Virus record (IMG/VR): IMGVR_UViG_3300042882_001139
Span: 62,001 to 123,067 of that record
DNA: 61,067 nt
Strand: one strand, 5' to 3'
Source: an uncultured virus (IMG/VR IMGVR_UViG_3300042882_001139)
Taxonomy: Duplodnaviria > Heunggongvirae > Uroviricota > Caudoviricetes
Part shown: one piece after another, positions 30,107 to 39,057 of the stretch
Layout: each line of letters begins with the position of its first letter
How positions within the stretch are numbered: position 1 is the first letter of the stretch
Position numbers and translations under genes: made by a program
The notes under the pieces: model-generated
Database searches by the model: none
What the model was told of the DNA's origin: nothing
Seen by the model: the letters and a program-made list of their open reading frames with translations, nothing else

Positions 30107-30795
30107 GTTGGGTTAATGTTGATTACAAGATCACCGGGGACGGCCCGATGGTTGTGAAAAACGTTCAGATGGCAAACCCGCTGAACAAGTTCTCTAAGGC
30201 GCTCAAGAGCGTCAGTTCGAAGCGCGTCAAGACCGACGCCGACCACATCGAGATGGGGCATATTGAGTTCCTCGGCAGCCTGCATATGCACGAGGAGTTG
30301 GGTCCCGTACTGCCCGGTGCGACCATCGTAGCAGCGATTAACGCCGCGGCTCGAAAGACCAAGGAAGGCCAGCTCGCCAAGTGCGCTGTGTTCGCGGCGC
30401 CCCCGGGATTCTTTAAGTTAGAGTACGCCGGTCCGCGCGAGCCGGAAGCAATGTTTGAAGACACGTCGCCCCGCCCGACTCCGGAAGCCGAAGGTTTCCG
30501 GTTCACCACGCTGGTGGCGCGGCAGCAGTCTCGCGTCGTCTCGACTCGGCCAATCTTCCATGACTGGTCGGCTGTTGTGTCGATTTCGTTCGAGGACTCA
30601 ATCATCAATTTTGCCCAACTTGATCGCTGGATCAAGAAAGCGGGCACGATGTGCGGCCTGTGCGAGTGGCGGCCTAGGTTCGGGCGCTTCACGGCTGATT
30701 GCCTCACGCCTGGCATGAGTGCCGTGTACGGCGAAGAGCCCACTGAGGCTGCGATGAAGAAGCGTCGTGCTTCGAAGTCGCTCGTCAAGGTCTGA
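30103..30795 (+). CDS. stand-alone RAMP/Cas7-like RNA-binding protein
   Basis: N-terminal strand YKITGDGPMVV, PVLPGATIVAAI (Cas7 PxIPG-like), thumb-like RVVSTRPIF and C-terminal G-rich loop GTMCGLCEWRPRFGRF. Confidence 0.7.
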   Translation: MSWVNVDYKITGDGPMVVKNVQMANPLNKFSKALKSVSSKRVKTDADHIEMGHIEFLGSLHMHEELGPVLPGATIVAAINAAARKTKEGQLAKCAVFAAPPGFFKLEYAGPREPEAMFEDTSPRPTPEAEGFRFTTLVARQQSRVVSTRPIFHDWSAVVSISFEDSIINFAQLDRWIKKAGTMCGLCEWRPRFGRFTADCLTPGMSAVYGEEPTEAAMKKRRASKSLVKV

Positions 30796-30844
30796 TTCCC
30801 GCGTGTTACAATAACTATGTAGTTACTTGTACACGGAGTTAAAA

Positions 30845-31090
30845 ATGAAACGCTATCACGAAGAAAAGCACATTCTAGAAAATCGCGCTAAGTTGCGCCG
30901 GCACTTACTTTGGTCTTTAATCGGAAATTGGCCAGAAGTAGAAGCCGGTCGATTCAGAAAGTCTTTACGTTGTGCTGGCTGCGCCCGAGCTCGTTGTCAG
31001 GTATGCCACCCGGAAAAATACCCCAAACGGCAACTGACTATTAAAGAACAGAAGTCAAATTACGACTTCAAAGATTACGAAACCACTTAG
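30845..31090 (+). CDS. small Cys-cluster protein
   Basis: CAGCARARCQVCHP; GGAG RBS. Confidence 0.55.
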   Translation: MKRYHEEKHILENRAKLRRHLLWSLIGNWPEVEAGRFRKSLRCAGCARARCQVCHPEKYPKRQLTIKEQKSNYDFKDYETT

Positions 31091-31098
31091 AGAAAAAA

Positions 31099-31413
31099 AT
31101 GACTGATTTTGTGCGTAACATCGAAGTAACAGCCTCTAATCTCGCTGATGCCACGCTCGCTGAAATGCGACTCGAAGATAACCGGATCGCGGTAAAGTTG
31201 GCGGCTATTGAAAGAATCATGGCTAGCGGCGACAATGCACTGACGGGCAAGCCGCACTCGTATTCGTCTGCAGAAGCGATCGTAAACACTGACGTGCAGT
31301 ATCAGGATTACCTTGCCGACATGCGTAACGCTGTCCGTGCCCGTATTCTTGCCCGCGGTAACTACGAGGCCAGCCTGGCCGCGGCCCGACTGCAGGAGGA
31401 TTCCCGTGTTTGA
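31099..31413 (+). CDS. hypothetical helical protein
   Basis: 104-aa ORF. Confidence 0.65.
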   Translation: MTDFVRNIEVTASNLADATLAEMRLEDNRIAVKLAAIERIMASGDNALTGKPHSYSSAEAIVNTDVQYQDYLADMRNAVRARILARGNYEASLAAARLQEDSRV

Positions 31414-31918
31414 CGAAGACACCAGCCCACTAGACGAATTTTTCCATCGTAGTTCTGACGGGCAGCCGGACTTTGAAAACCCAGGCGCCCCAGTTCTGCC
31501 TATGGAATGTTTGCGAGACTCAGCGATCAAGTTGTTCGATCACTACATTGCCGAGCAAAGCGGCATAGCAGTCGATGCCAACAGCGCGTCGTTTGAAGAA
31601 AAATGCGCGTTTCTGTCGCTGCAGGAAACCGAAACCATCGTGCGCGACTTCAGTGCCGCGGATAACGGAGCGCTGTTTGCTGTCGGTGGCAATTCCAAGA
31701 AGGCAGCCATGGAGCAACTGCATAAGTTGATGGAAGCACTGTTTACGCGAATCATGTCAAACGTCATTTCAGCAGGCGTCAGCAGAGATCTTATTGATGT
31801 CTCTTTCGATTCTGACAATGATAGTTTTGCGTTTTCCGTAAACGACAATGGCCGTCAGTTTGTTGCCAACCACAGAAGTCTATTTGAAAAGGACGATGAC
31901 GATGTACAAGCCGGGTGA
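31406..31918 (+). CDS. hypothetical acidic protein
   Basis: GTG start after AGGAGG. Confidence 0.6.
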   Translation: MFDEDTSPLDEFFHRSSDGQPDFENPGAPVLPMECLRDSAIKLFDHYIAEQSGIAVDANSASFEEKCAFLSLQETETIVRDFSAADNGALFAVGGNSKKAAMEQLHKLMEALFTRIMSNVISAGVSRDLIDVSFDSDNDSFAFSVNDNGRQFVANHRSLFEKDDDDVQAG

Positions 31919-32135
31919 CCGCATTCGCATGGTTTTTATGCCTAATGACCCACAGCCAATCCCGCCCGGCACCGAGGGTACTATCGAAGATGTGACACAC
32001 GTTAACGCGGGCTGGGCACGAGAGAAGTTCACGCAATTGCACGTAAAGTGGGATAACGGTCGCGGGCTGTCGTGTATCTGCCCGCCTGATATCATTGAGG
32101 TTATTACGCAGCCAGTCGCCGCTGCAGGCACTTAA
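31902..32135 (+). CDS. DUF4314-like protein
   Basis: PGDRIRMVFMPNDPQPIPPGTEGTI...LHVKWDNGRGL. Confidence 0.7.
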   Translation: MYKPGDRIRMVFMPNDPQPIPPGTEGTIEDVTHVNAGWAREKFTQLHVKWDNGRGLSCICPPDIIEVITQPVAAAGT

Positions 32136-34102
32136 TAGCCGAAAAAACGATCTGCCGTAGCGTCGTCTGCCCAGTGGTCGTCTTCAAGTTCGTTTTTGGC
32201 CTGCTGCTGCGTAATGCGGCCGAGACCGGCCAACTGGGCAAAGTTAGGCCAGGCTTCGTTGATGTGCCACAACGCGGCACAGCCGATGTTTACAGCCTGC
32301 GCGAAATCATCGCTAAGAAGCGTGTTTCGCGTGATGGTGTAAATGTCGCCGCCCATGCGTGATTCTGCTTTGTTCTCTACCAGCGCTAAAAAGTCAGAAA
32401 TCAAACCAGGCGAGTCCTGCGAAGCCCAGTCGTACTGGAAAAACCTGACTTGTTTTAATTTGATAGCCTGACACGTGTAAAGAATAGAACGTGTTTTATC
32501 TAGGCTGTAATGTGCGCGGTGGTTGATCGCTGTCGGCGGTTTGTACACCATAAGATCCTGCGACGCTGACCGCACCAAACGCATCGCTAGCACGCGGTCT
32601 AGGTTAAACCCCGCCTGCACCATAACGGTTTCACGTACCGTGCCGGCCCCGGTGTAATCGTGAGCCACAAATTCGCACTGAAATAAATCAGAGTATTTCA
32701 TGCATTCAACGGCTTCTGCTAAGTGATCGCCGCCGATGAGCAGACGTTTCCCCCAGAGGACGTCAATTGTGCCGTCGTGACGAAAACCAAGAACCGTCAA
32801 CACAGTAAACGAAATACCCTCTTCGCCACCGCCGCCCCAGTCGATGGCCAGCACGCGTGAGCGGTAATCATTCAAATTTTCAAACACTTCACGTACGGGT
32901 TCTTTTTTGTTTTCCCATGGCAACAGGCACGCCGCACGTAGTTCTGTTTCGCTAATAAGTTTTTGACCGGCGTCGATAGATTCGCCCATGACTTCGTTGT
33001 AGAACTGTGCCTGCGTCATGTTGCCGTAACCTTCGCGCTTCAGTAGCAGCGTGTTCCATTTTTCAGGATCTGAGAAGTGCAGCGGCAAAATTAATTGCGG
33101 CACGTGATACCCGGCAAATTGCCAGCGGCGGTCAGGGTGTCTATGCACCCACCGCCCATGCCGCGGGCTAATCGGTTTGCGACACTTTGCACATACAGTA
33201 CCAGGGTTTTTCTCGCTGATGTGAATGTTCATGGGCCCGATCATGGCATCAAGATCGTGCTCGATAGACGGTATGTTCCACTTGCCGCACGAGTAACACG
33301 GAATGAACCACTCGGCTTGACTGCTCCTTTTATACAACCCCTCTAACGGGTTATCAGTCGATTTTGGCGTCCCCGTAAAATGAGAAATCGCGTAACGCGA
33401 ATAACTCATCGTCTCTTGAATAATTGGAATGTGGTCAGGGTCCATGTCTTGAACTTCGTCGATGCACATTCGATCAGACGACACACCGCGGACACGGTCA
33501 GCGTCAAGCAGTGCAAAAGAAAACAGCATTAAAGACTTGTTCTTGAAGCTGCGCTGCAACACAGAGTTCTCAGTCTCGCTGCTCGACCACTGAGACTTGA
33601 CAGGCGACTGGTCGATAAACGGTCGCACGTAATTGTTGGAAAAACGGCGAATCTGCTCGTACAGCGGCGTGACATACAACGTCTTAAAAAATGGAATAGA
33701 GTTAGCGACTACAATTCCATGCGCCGCGAGCGACGTAGATTTACTTAACTGACGCCCGGTTTTCCACACTTGATTTTTGGGTGTTAATACTCTGAATAAT
33801 GGGCCGAACGGGTAATGATCTTTAATACTGTACGGCTTACCATTTAAATTCAATACAAGCGGAAGAATTGGCTCAAGCGACGGAAACGCGCATCTTGTTG
33901 CCAGTTCTTTCAACACAGCCGTCCGCGATGTAACGGACGCTTGGTCGGCCGTGTTAATTGACAGCAGTTCTTGTAACAGCGATTGAACTCCTGCGTCTGG
34001 AATTTCAACCGCTGTTGATTCGTGCAGGCTACCATCCTGCATTATTTTTTCTGGTGCCATATGTGCAAACGTAGGCGTAGGTTTAATCGGTCGTCTCGGC
34101 AC
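32132..34102 (-). CDS. terL: terminase large subunit (GpA-like)
   Basis: Walker A-like KTGRQLSKST, RVRG..DRMCIDEVQD (Walker B), GTPK coupling motif, CxxC pairs and RNase H AIDWG; exact start uncertain. Confidence 0.85.
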   Translation of the reverse strand: MPRRPIKPTPTFAHMAPEKIMQDGSLHESTAVEIPDAGVQSLLQELLSINTADQASVTSRTAVLKELATRCAFPSLEPILPLVLNLNGKPYSIKDHYPFGPLFRVLTPKNQVWKTGRQLSKSTSLAAHGIVVANSIPFFKTLYVTPLYEQIRRFSNNYVRPFIDQSPVKSQWSSSETENSVLQRSFKNKSLMLFSFALLDADRVRGVSSDRMCIDEVQDMDPDHIPIIQETMSYSRYAISHFTGTPKSTDNPLEGLYKRSSQAEWFIPCYSCGKWNIPSIEHDLDAMIGPMNIHISEKNPGTVCAKCRKPISPRHGRWVHRHPDRRWQFAGYHVPQLILPLHFSDPEKWNTLLLKREGYGNMTQAQFYNEVMGESIDAGQKLISETELRAACLLPWENKKEPVREVFENLNDYRSRVLAIDWGGGGEEGISFTVLTVLGFRHDGTIDVLWGKRLLIGGDHLAEAVECMKYSDLFQCEFVAHDYTGAGTVRETVMVQAGFNLDRVLAMRLVRSASQDLMVYKPPTAINHRAHYSLDKTRSILYTCQAIKLKQVRFFQYDWASQDSPGLISDFLALVENKAESRMGGDIYTITRNTLLSDDFAQAVNIGCAALWHINEAWPNFAQLAGLGRITQQQAKNELEDDHWADDATADRFFGY

Positions 34103-34252
34103 GACTCAGATCCGGTCGAACTACAGTGGCTCGAAAACATAGCCACCGAACTATGCATAATAACAGGAGGCTTAATCCTGACCGTGCTTTTCGGTGTGCT
34201 TATGTTGCCGGTGTATGCGTACCGAAGTTTGTGTAAGCAGTAGACCGAGTAT

Positions 34253-34299
34253 TTAAGTAGGCGGCGGGTATACTAAACGGTGACCCGCTGCCTACTTAA
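34253..34299. promoter_or_regulatory. 17-bp inverted repeat in a divergent intergenic region
   Basis: TTAAGTAGGCGGCGGGT...ACCCGCTGCCTACTTAA. Confidence 0.55.
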
Positions 34300-34314
34300 T
34301 CGAAGGAGTATAGC

Positions 34315-34557
34315 ATGGCTCAAGTTGGAAAAAGTGCACGTCTATATCAGGATCGCCGGCAGGCCGAGTTTCCGGGAACGTCCCGTGGCCCGAAACCTCA
34401 AGTGTACCTCCCTGATAATCCGGTGCATCACATTACGCTGACGGCGCCGTATCCGGCACCTAAACCAGTAGAAATAGACTGCGTTACCGACAGCCCGATT
34501 GTTAATACTTCAAACCTAACTGAAGCCTGGCCAAATGGAGATGCCAATGCGCCCTAG
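34315..34557 (+). CDS. hypothetical protein
   Basis: AAGGAG RBS, 80 aa. Confidence 0.55.
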   Translation: MAQVGKSARLYQDRRQAEFPGTSRGPKPQVYLPDNPVHHITLTAPYPAPKPVEIDCVTDSPIVNTSNLTEAWPNGDANAP

Positions 34558-34567
34558 GACAAATTAA

Positions 34568-34756
34568 ATGAGCTCTAGTCCCACCAATTCGTTTATTACG
34601 CTCGCTGGTCTAATGCTGCTGGCGTCTTTGGTGTGCGGGCCGGTATTTGGTGCTGGTGCTGTAATTCCTATTTATGTCGCCATGTACTTCATGCTTACCG
34701 CCACAAACGCTATCAGCCGCGGCGAAAAGAAAGCCCGGCAAAAGAAACGCCAATGA
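34568..34756 (+). CDS. small membrane protein
   Basis: Two hydrophobic segments and a basic tail; ATGA overlap with the next gene. Confidence 0.55.
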   Translation: MSSSPTNSFITLAGLMLLASLVCGPVFGAGAVIPIYVAMYFMLTATNAISRGEKKARQKKRQ

Positions 34757-35148
34757 CATTCACACTTCTCGATTTTATTGCTGTCATTTTCGCCACTGGT
34801 GCGGTGATCGAGGTCTGGCACAAAGGCTCGATATTCGACCATTTGCGGGCGTACTCGCAGGCTGTGCAAGACGTCACAGCGCCAGACTCGATAAAAGGCA
34901 AATTACTTGAGTTGCTGAATTGCCCGTTTTGCAAGAGTTATCACGTACCATTCTATTTTTTCATCGCCCTCTTGGCGGGAGTCTGGCTCGGTGATACGAT
35001 GGCCGCGGCGGCACGATTAATTATCTACAGCCTCGCCGCAACACGCGTGAGCAACATCGTAGACGGCTTATTACCAGCCCGTATGCGATATGTACAAGAC
35101 CCTTTTGGAGACAATCATGGACAGTCAGCCGACACCCGATCAGAGTAA
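34753..35148 (+). CDS. DUF1360-like membrane protein
   Basis: Hydrophobic segments flanking ELLNCPFC. Confidence 0.55.
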   Translation: MTFTLLDFIAVIFATGAVIEVWHKGSIFDHLRAYSQAVQDVTAPDSIKGKLLELLNCPFCKSYHVPFYFFIALLAGVWLGDTMAAAARLIIYSLAATRVSNIVDGLLPARMRYVQDPFGDNHGQSADTRSE

Positions 35149-35521
35149 TCAGATAGAACCAGCCCGTCTGCCTTTTGACGCCGAATTCTATAAGCGTTGC
35201 GATGATTTTTGTGTCGAAGCCCTCACGGCAGTGCCAGAACTTGCCGGCGTGGCGATCATTCCAATCTGGACAAACCAACCCGAAAACTTGCCCGCGGGTC
35301 TGTTGCGGTTGCGGCAGCAACAGCCGCCGTACATCGCAGGCCTCTTAGCGTTATTAAAACGCATTGCAGCGTTCAGCGTAGACGTGCAACGCGACTTTGT
35401 AAATCAATTGCAAATGTTCGATCGGTATGCCGCCGAGCTCGCAGAACGCATTAAAGATCGAGTCGATCAATTAAATGCATTAAATCAGCCCACTGACGAA
35501 CAACAGCGTAATGAGCAATAA
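35117..35521 (+). CDS. hypothetical protein
   Basis: GGAG RBS; coiled-coil-like C-terminus. Confidence 0.6.
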   Translation: MDSQPTPDQSNQIEPARLPFDAEFYKRCDDFCVEALTAVPELAGVAIIPIWTNQPENLPAGLLRLRQQQPPYIAGLLALLKRIAAFSVDVQRDFVNQLQMFDRYAAELAERIKDRVDQLNALNQPTDEQQRNEQ

Positions 35522-35819
35522 AAAATGTCCGGAAAAAATATCTATTCCGTTCACCGGTTCTCGCGAGGCACTTGTAACTATACTGGCGCATCAATACGGC
35601 AGGTATGAGCGCGGCGAAATACGGACACTGCTGGAAAACGCGTACGCCGATGAAGTGTGGACCGACGAAGAACTGCTAAAAATATTCGAGGTCGCCTTTT
35701 TCGATGCACCGTACGTTTACGTAATCCGTAAAAAAGACGGCCAGCGTGGTACAGTGCTGTTTCTTGATACACCCAGGTTTTATTTCTCCTTCGTCGCAGA
35801 GACTCACGATGAGCAATAA
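35511..35819 (+). CDS. hypothetical phage protein
   Basis: APYVYVIRKKDGQRGTVLF..PRFYFSF. Confidence 0.6.
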   Translation: MSNKKCPEKISIPFTGSREALVTILAHQYGRYERGEIRTLLENAYADEVWTDEELLKIFEVAFFDAPYVYVIRKKDGQRGTVLFLDTPRFYFSFVAETHDEQ

Positions 35820-36288
35820 TCGTCATGAATACGACACCGGCGCTGTTCGAAGTGCTGATTGCGATAACGTACGCTACGATTTGATTTCGCCGATTGGGCT
35901 GCGGGCTCTAGCACGCACGTATGCTGAAGGTGCGGAAAAATTTGGGGCCGGCAACTGGGAGAACGGCATGCCGGTTACTGACATGCTGAATCACGCAATC
36001 GCACACATATACAATTTTCTTGGCGGTGACCGCAGTGAAGAACATTTGGCACATGCAGCCTGGAATCTGCTCGGGGCGATCCACTCAATGGAACTGTGGC
36101 CGCATCTGAACAAAGACTTGCTGCGTACAGAAAATTGCGGTGCCCCGCCGAATGTCGCCGCCAGTCGGGCACCGACGGCGTCTAACCTTCCGGTACCAAC
36201 GCCCGTACCGCCACCGCAGCAACAAGTAGTGCAAACGACCAGTACGTTTGAAGCACTTAGAGCCCTTGTTGCTGCTTCAAATCGCTAA
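35809..36288 (+). CDS. dATP/dGTP diphosphohydrolase domain protein (DUF5664-like)
   Basis: TGAVR...RYDLISP...GAEKFGAGNWENG...HLAHAAWN. Confidence 0.75.
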   Translation: MSNNRHEYDTGAVRSADCDNVRYDLISPIGLRALARTYAEGAEKFGAGNWENGMPVTDMLNHAIAHIYNFLGGDRSEEHLAHAAWNLLGAIHSMELWPHLNKDLLRTENCGAPPNVAASRAPTASNLPVPTPVPPPQQQVVQTTSTFEALRALVAASNR

Positions 36289-36380
36289 TCTAGTCGGCAA
36301 AATTTGTCGGCTATTGATTTCTGTTTTTCTGGGTCTATTGTAGATGTTGTCGGCATTGCCGACGGCAACAAGGAGTAGTC

Positions 36381-37160
36381 ATGTCCAAAAAGGTAGAAGC
36401 CGGAGAAATTATTAACCCGGCAAATCTTTGGGGAAAACCGCTTGGCAACCGCCCGGCGCCAGCCCTAAAAACTTCAAAGGAAAAGGAAACACGGATGTTG
36501 CCTGATGATGAGATCGACTCGGACGTCGACGCGGAACTCGAAGACGAGCCCACTGATGCTGAGCTTGTTGGTTCCGCGGTAAGTGATGACGTTGAAGACG
36601 ACAGCGCCGATGACGACGCTGACGGATTCGATTCCGAAACCGGCGACGACGCCGACGAGGAAGATGACGAAGAGGTCGACTCCGCTGTGGACGCCGACGA
36701 AGAACCAAGTAAGACCACGAGGGTAGTTACTGCCATGGCTGATAAGAAGAAGAAGAGCATGTCCGATTACGTCCGTGACGAGATTGACCGGCGCAACGCC
36801 GCTGGCGAATCTCTCCGCGGCGTTGACATTGTTAACGCACTCACGAAGAAGGGCGTTAAGGTTAGCCCAGCACAAGTAAGCCAGCTTTTAAAGAAGGCGG
36901 GCGTTAGTGCCAAGGGTCGTAACCCGCGGAAGACCAAGGCGGCTGAAACCGCCGAGCAGCACCGTGCTGCCGTAAGCACACGCAAAGGCGTGGAACTGAA
37001 GCGGCCAGCCAATAAGGTGCGTCCCGCGGCCGACACCACTGACTCCCTGCCTGTCGCTCATCTGCGAGCGGCAAAGGCATTTATCGCCGCCTGCGGCGAT
37101 TCGTACGAAGAGGCACGTAACGTCTTGGAGCTGCACCAGCAGCTGACCGACGTTCTCTGA
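36381..37160 (+). CDS. acidic/basic nucleoid-like DNA-binding protein
   Basis: AAGGAG RBS; D/E-rich N-half, then SMSDYVR...ALTKKGVKVSPAQVSQLLKK. Confidence 0.55.
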   Translation: MSKKVEAGEIINPANLWGKPLGNRPAPALKTSKEKETRMLPDDEIDSDVDAELEDEPTDAELVGSAVSDDVEDDSADDDADGFDSETGDDADEEDDEEVDSAVDADEEPSKTTRVVTAMADKKKKSMSDYVRDEIDRRNAAGESLRGVDIVNALTKKGVKVSPAQVSQLLKKAGVSAKGRNPRKTKAAETAEQHRAAVSTRKGVELKRPANKVRPAADTTDSLPVAHLRAAKAFIAACGDSYEEARNVLELHQQLTDVL

Positions 37161-37278
37161 GCCTCTTAGCCCAAAGCCGCGTCGCTGGTCGAGGCGTTTA
37201 TGCCCGGCCAGCACGCGGTATTTGAGGTTCTCTCTCGCTTCGGCTATGCTGGCCGATGCCGGCCGTGCCGCCCATTAA

Positions 37279-37587
37279 ATGAGCACAGACCAAAAATACG
37301 TCGAGGACAAAGAACGTATTTTGGACGCCTTAGACGCATTATTTCAATTGCGTGAGGCGTACAAAGACGTTGTCGCTATTCCAGAGGTCGTGACCCTCCA
37401 CGACATCACCGAATACCGCCTGGAAACCGCCAGCGGTGTAAAGTTGTTTAAAGACATGTTTGACCGAGAAACGGCACAACACGTCTTAGATTATTTCAAC
37501 GGCGCCGACTACATTGCGCCGGAAGATTTTGAAAACACTATTGTTTGTGCCATTCAAGAGCATAAACAAAACAAGAAAAAGAAATAA
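37279..37587 (+). CDS. hypothetical protein
   Basis: 102-aa ORF. Confidence 0.6.
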   Translation: MSTDQKYVEDKERILDALDALFQLREAYKDVVAIPEVVTLHDITEYRLETASGVKLFKDMFDRETAQHVLDYFNGADYIAPEDFENTIVCAIQEHKQNKKKK

Positions 37588-37590
37588 CGC

Positions 37591-39054
37591 ATGTACCTGT
37601 ACGTGAACGAAGACGCTGACGCTGTTGGTTTTATGCCGAGCAACCGTGGTCGTATGGCCGCGAATCACTATAACCGCGAAGATATTGAAGTGGCTGTCAG
37701 CGTTGTTCCAAACGAACTTATCAGCGCTGAAGGCACGACTGCCAAGAAGTTAAAGGACTGGGTAATCGAGAACGGGTCTGCCTCTGATAGCGACGCAGTG
37801 TCCGGCGAATCGGTCGCCTATGGCGTGCTCGTCGCGATGATCGATACGCTGTCCGGCTCGATGTGGGAGAAACAGCGTAACTCCCTTCAGGCACTTGTAG
37901 ACGAATTCAACGCTGCCGACGGCTGCCCAGGTTCTGACTGGATGGGTCGTGCAGTGGCTGTTATTAACTTGAACAAGCGGGCTGTGAACTCGATCATGAA
38001 CGAGCGAAAGTACGGCTGGTTCATTAACGGTCACCCCAAGGCAATTGCCGCCGCAGAGAAGGCGGCCGAAATGTCGTTTGGAACGCCGGTTGCGGGTAAC
38101 GATTACGGCTTCGCCCGGATGACCAAGGAGTCTCCAAAGCTCGGTGTGGTTAGTGCGGAAGCCGAAAAGGAAAAGGACGAAGAGCACGGCGTCTTTTATC
38201 CGAAGTCTGACACGACGTACATCATTAACCCGCAAATCGAGCGCCTGTTTGGAATTCTGGAAACGTCCAGCAAAAAGTGCCCGCAAAATGTTAATCTTAT
38301 CGGACCACATGGTTGCGGTAAGACTGAACTGGCCATCCAGTTTGCAGCCCGACACGATCGGCCGCTGCTGATCATGGACTGCGCTAATCTCCGTGAGGCT
38401 CGCGACTGGTTCGGGTACAAGTCTGCCCGCGAGGGCACCGTGTTCTGGCATGAGTCGCAGTTTGTGCGTGCGGTGCAGAACGGCAACCACGTCATCCTGC
38501 TCGACGAGCTTAACCGTGCAAATCCGAATCTGCTCAATACGTTGATGCCGATTCTGGACGCCCGCCGGTTTACATACCTTGAGGAGAAGGGCGACAAGAT
38601 CATCGTCGGGCCGGGTACGGTGTTCTTTGCGTCGATGAACGAGGGCGCCGGCTATACCGGTACGTCGGCACTCGACCGTGCGATTCGAGATCGTTTCCCG
38701 CGTGCCGTCGAACTGACGTATCTTGCCGAAAGCGACGAGGTAAAGTTGCTTGTTAACCGTACTGGCGTAACCAAGGACATTGCGTCGCGGCTCGTACAGA
38801 TGGCTAACAAGATCCGGCAAGATTCGACTGGACTGTCGGCTACGCTGACGGAAAGCCTGTCTACCCGGCAGTTGATCGCGGCAGCCCACGACTTTGTGCT
38901 GGGCGGCGTTGACACCCTGCAGTTTACAATCACAAACCATTTCTCTCCCGAAGGCGACGACGATTCCGAGCGCGTCAAGGTGCAGAGCATTATTCAGGGC
39001 AAGTTTGGTGACCTGATCGCGGCCCAGGCGGCGGCGACCAGCAAGGGAGCCTAA
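37591..39054 (+). CDS. MoxR/CbbQ/CobS-like AAA+ ATPase
   Basis: Walker A GPHGCGKT, Walker B ILLDELNRA, ASMN sensor, LDRAIRDRF and STRQL. Confidence 0.9.
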   Translation: MYLYVNEDADAVGFMPSNRGRMAANHYNREDIEVAVSVVPNELISAEGTTAKKLKDWVIENGSASDSDAVSGESVAYGVLVAMIDTLSGSMWEKQRNSLQALVDEFNAADGCPGSDWMGRAVAVINLNKRAVNSIMNERKYGWFINGHPKAIAAAEKAAEMSFGTPVAGNDYGFARMTKESPKLGVVSAEAEKEKDEEHGVFYPKSDTTYIINPQIERLFGILETSSKKCPQNVNLIGPHGCGKTELAIQFAARHDRPLLIMDCANLREARDWFGYKSAREGTVFWHESQFVRAVQNGNHVILLDELNRANPNLLNTLMPILDARRFTYLEEKGDKIIVGPGTVFFASMNEGAGYTGTSALDRAIRDRFPRAVELTYLAESDEVKLLVNRTGVTKDIASRLVQMANKIRQDSTGLSATLTESLSTRQLIAAAHDFVLGGVDTLQFTITNHFSPEGDDDSERVKVQSIIQGKFGDLIAAQAAATSKGA

Positions 39055-39057
39055 TTA

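Noticed and set aside
30165..30788. 207-aa minus-strand ORF over the Cas7-like gene
   Set aside because: Shadow ORF; the plus-strand gene has RAMP-like motifs and ATGA coupling
37750..38940. 396-aa minus-strand ORF
   Set aside because: Antisense shadow of the clearly conserved AAA ATPase
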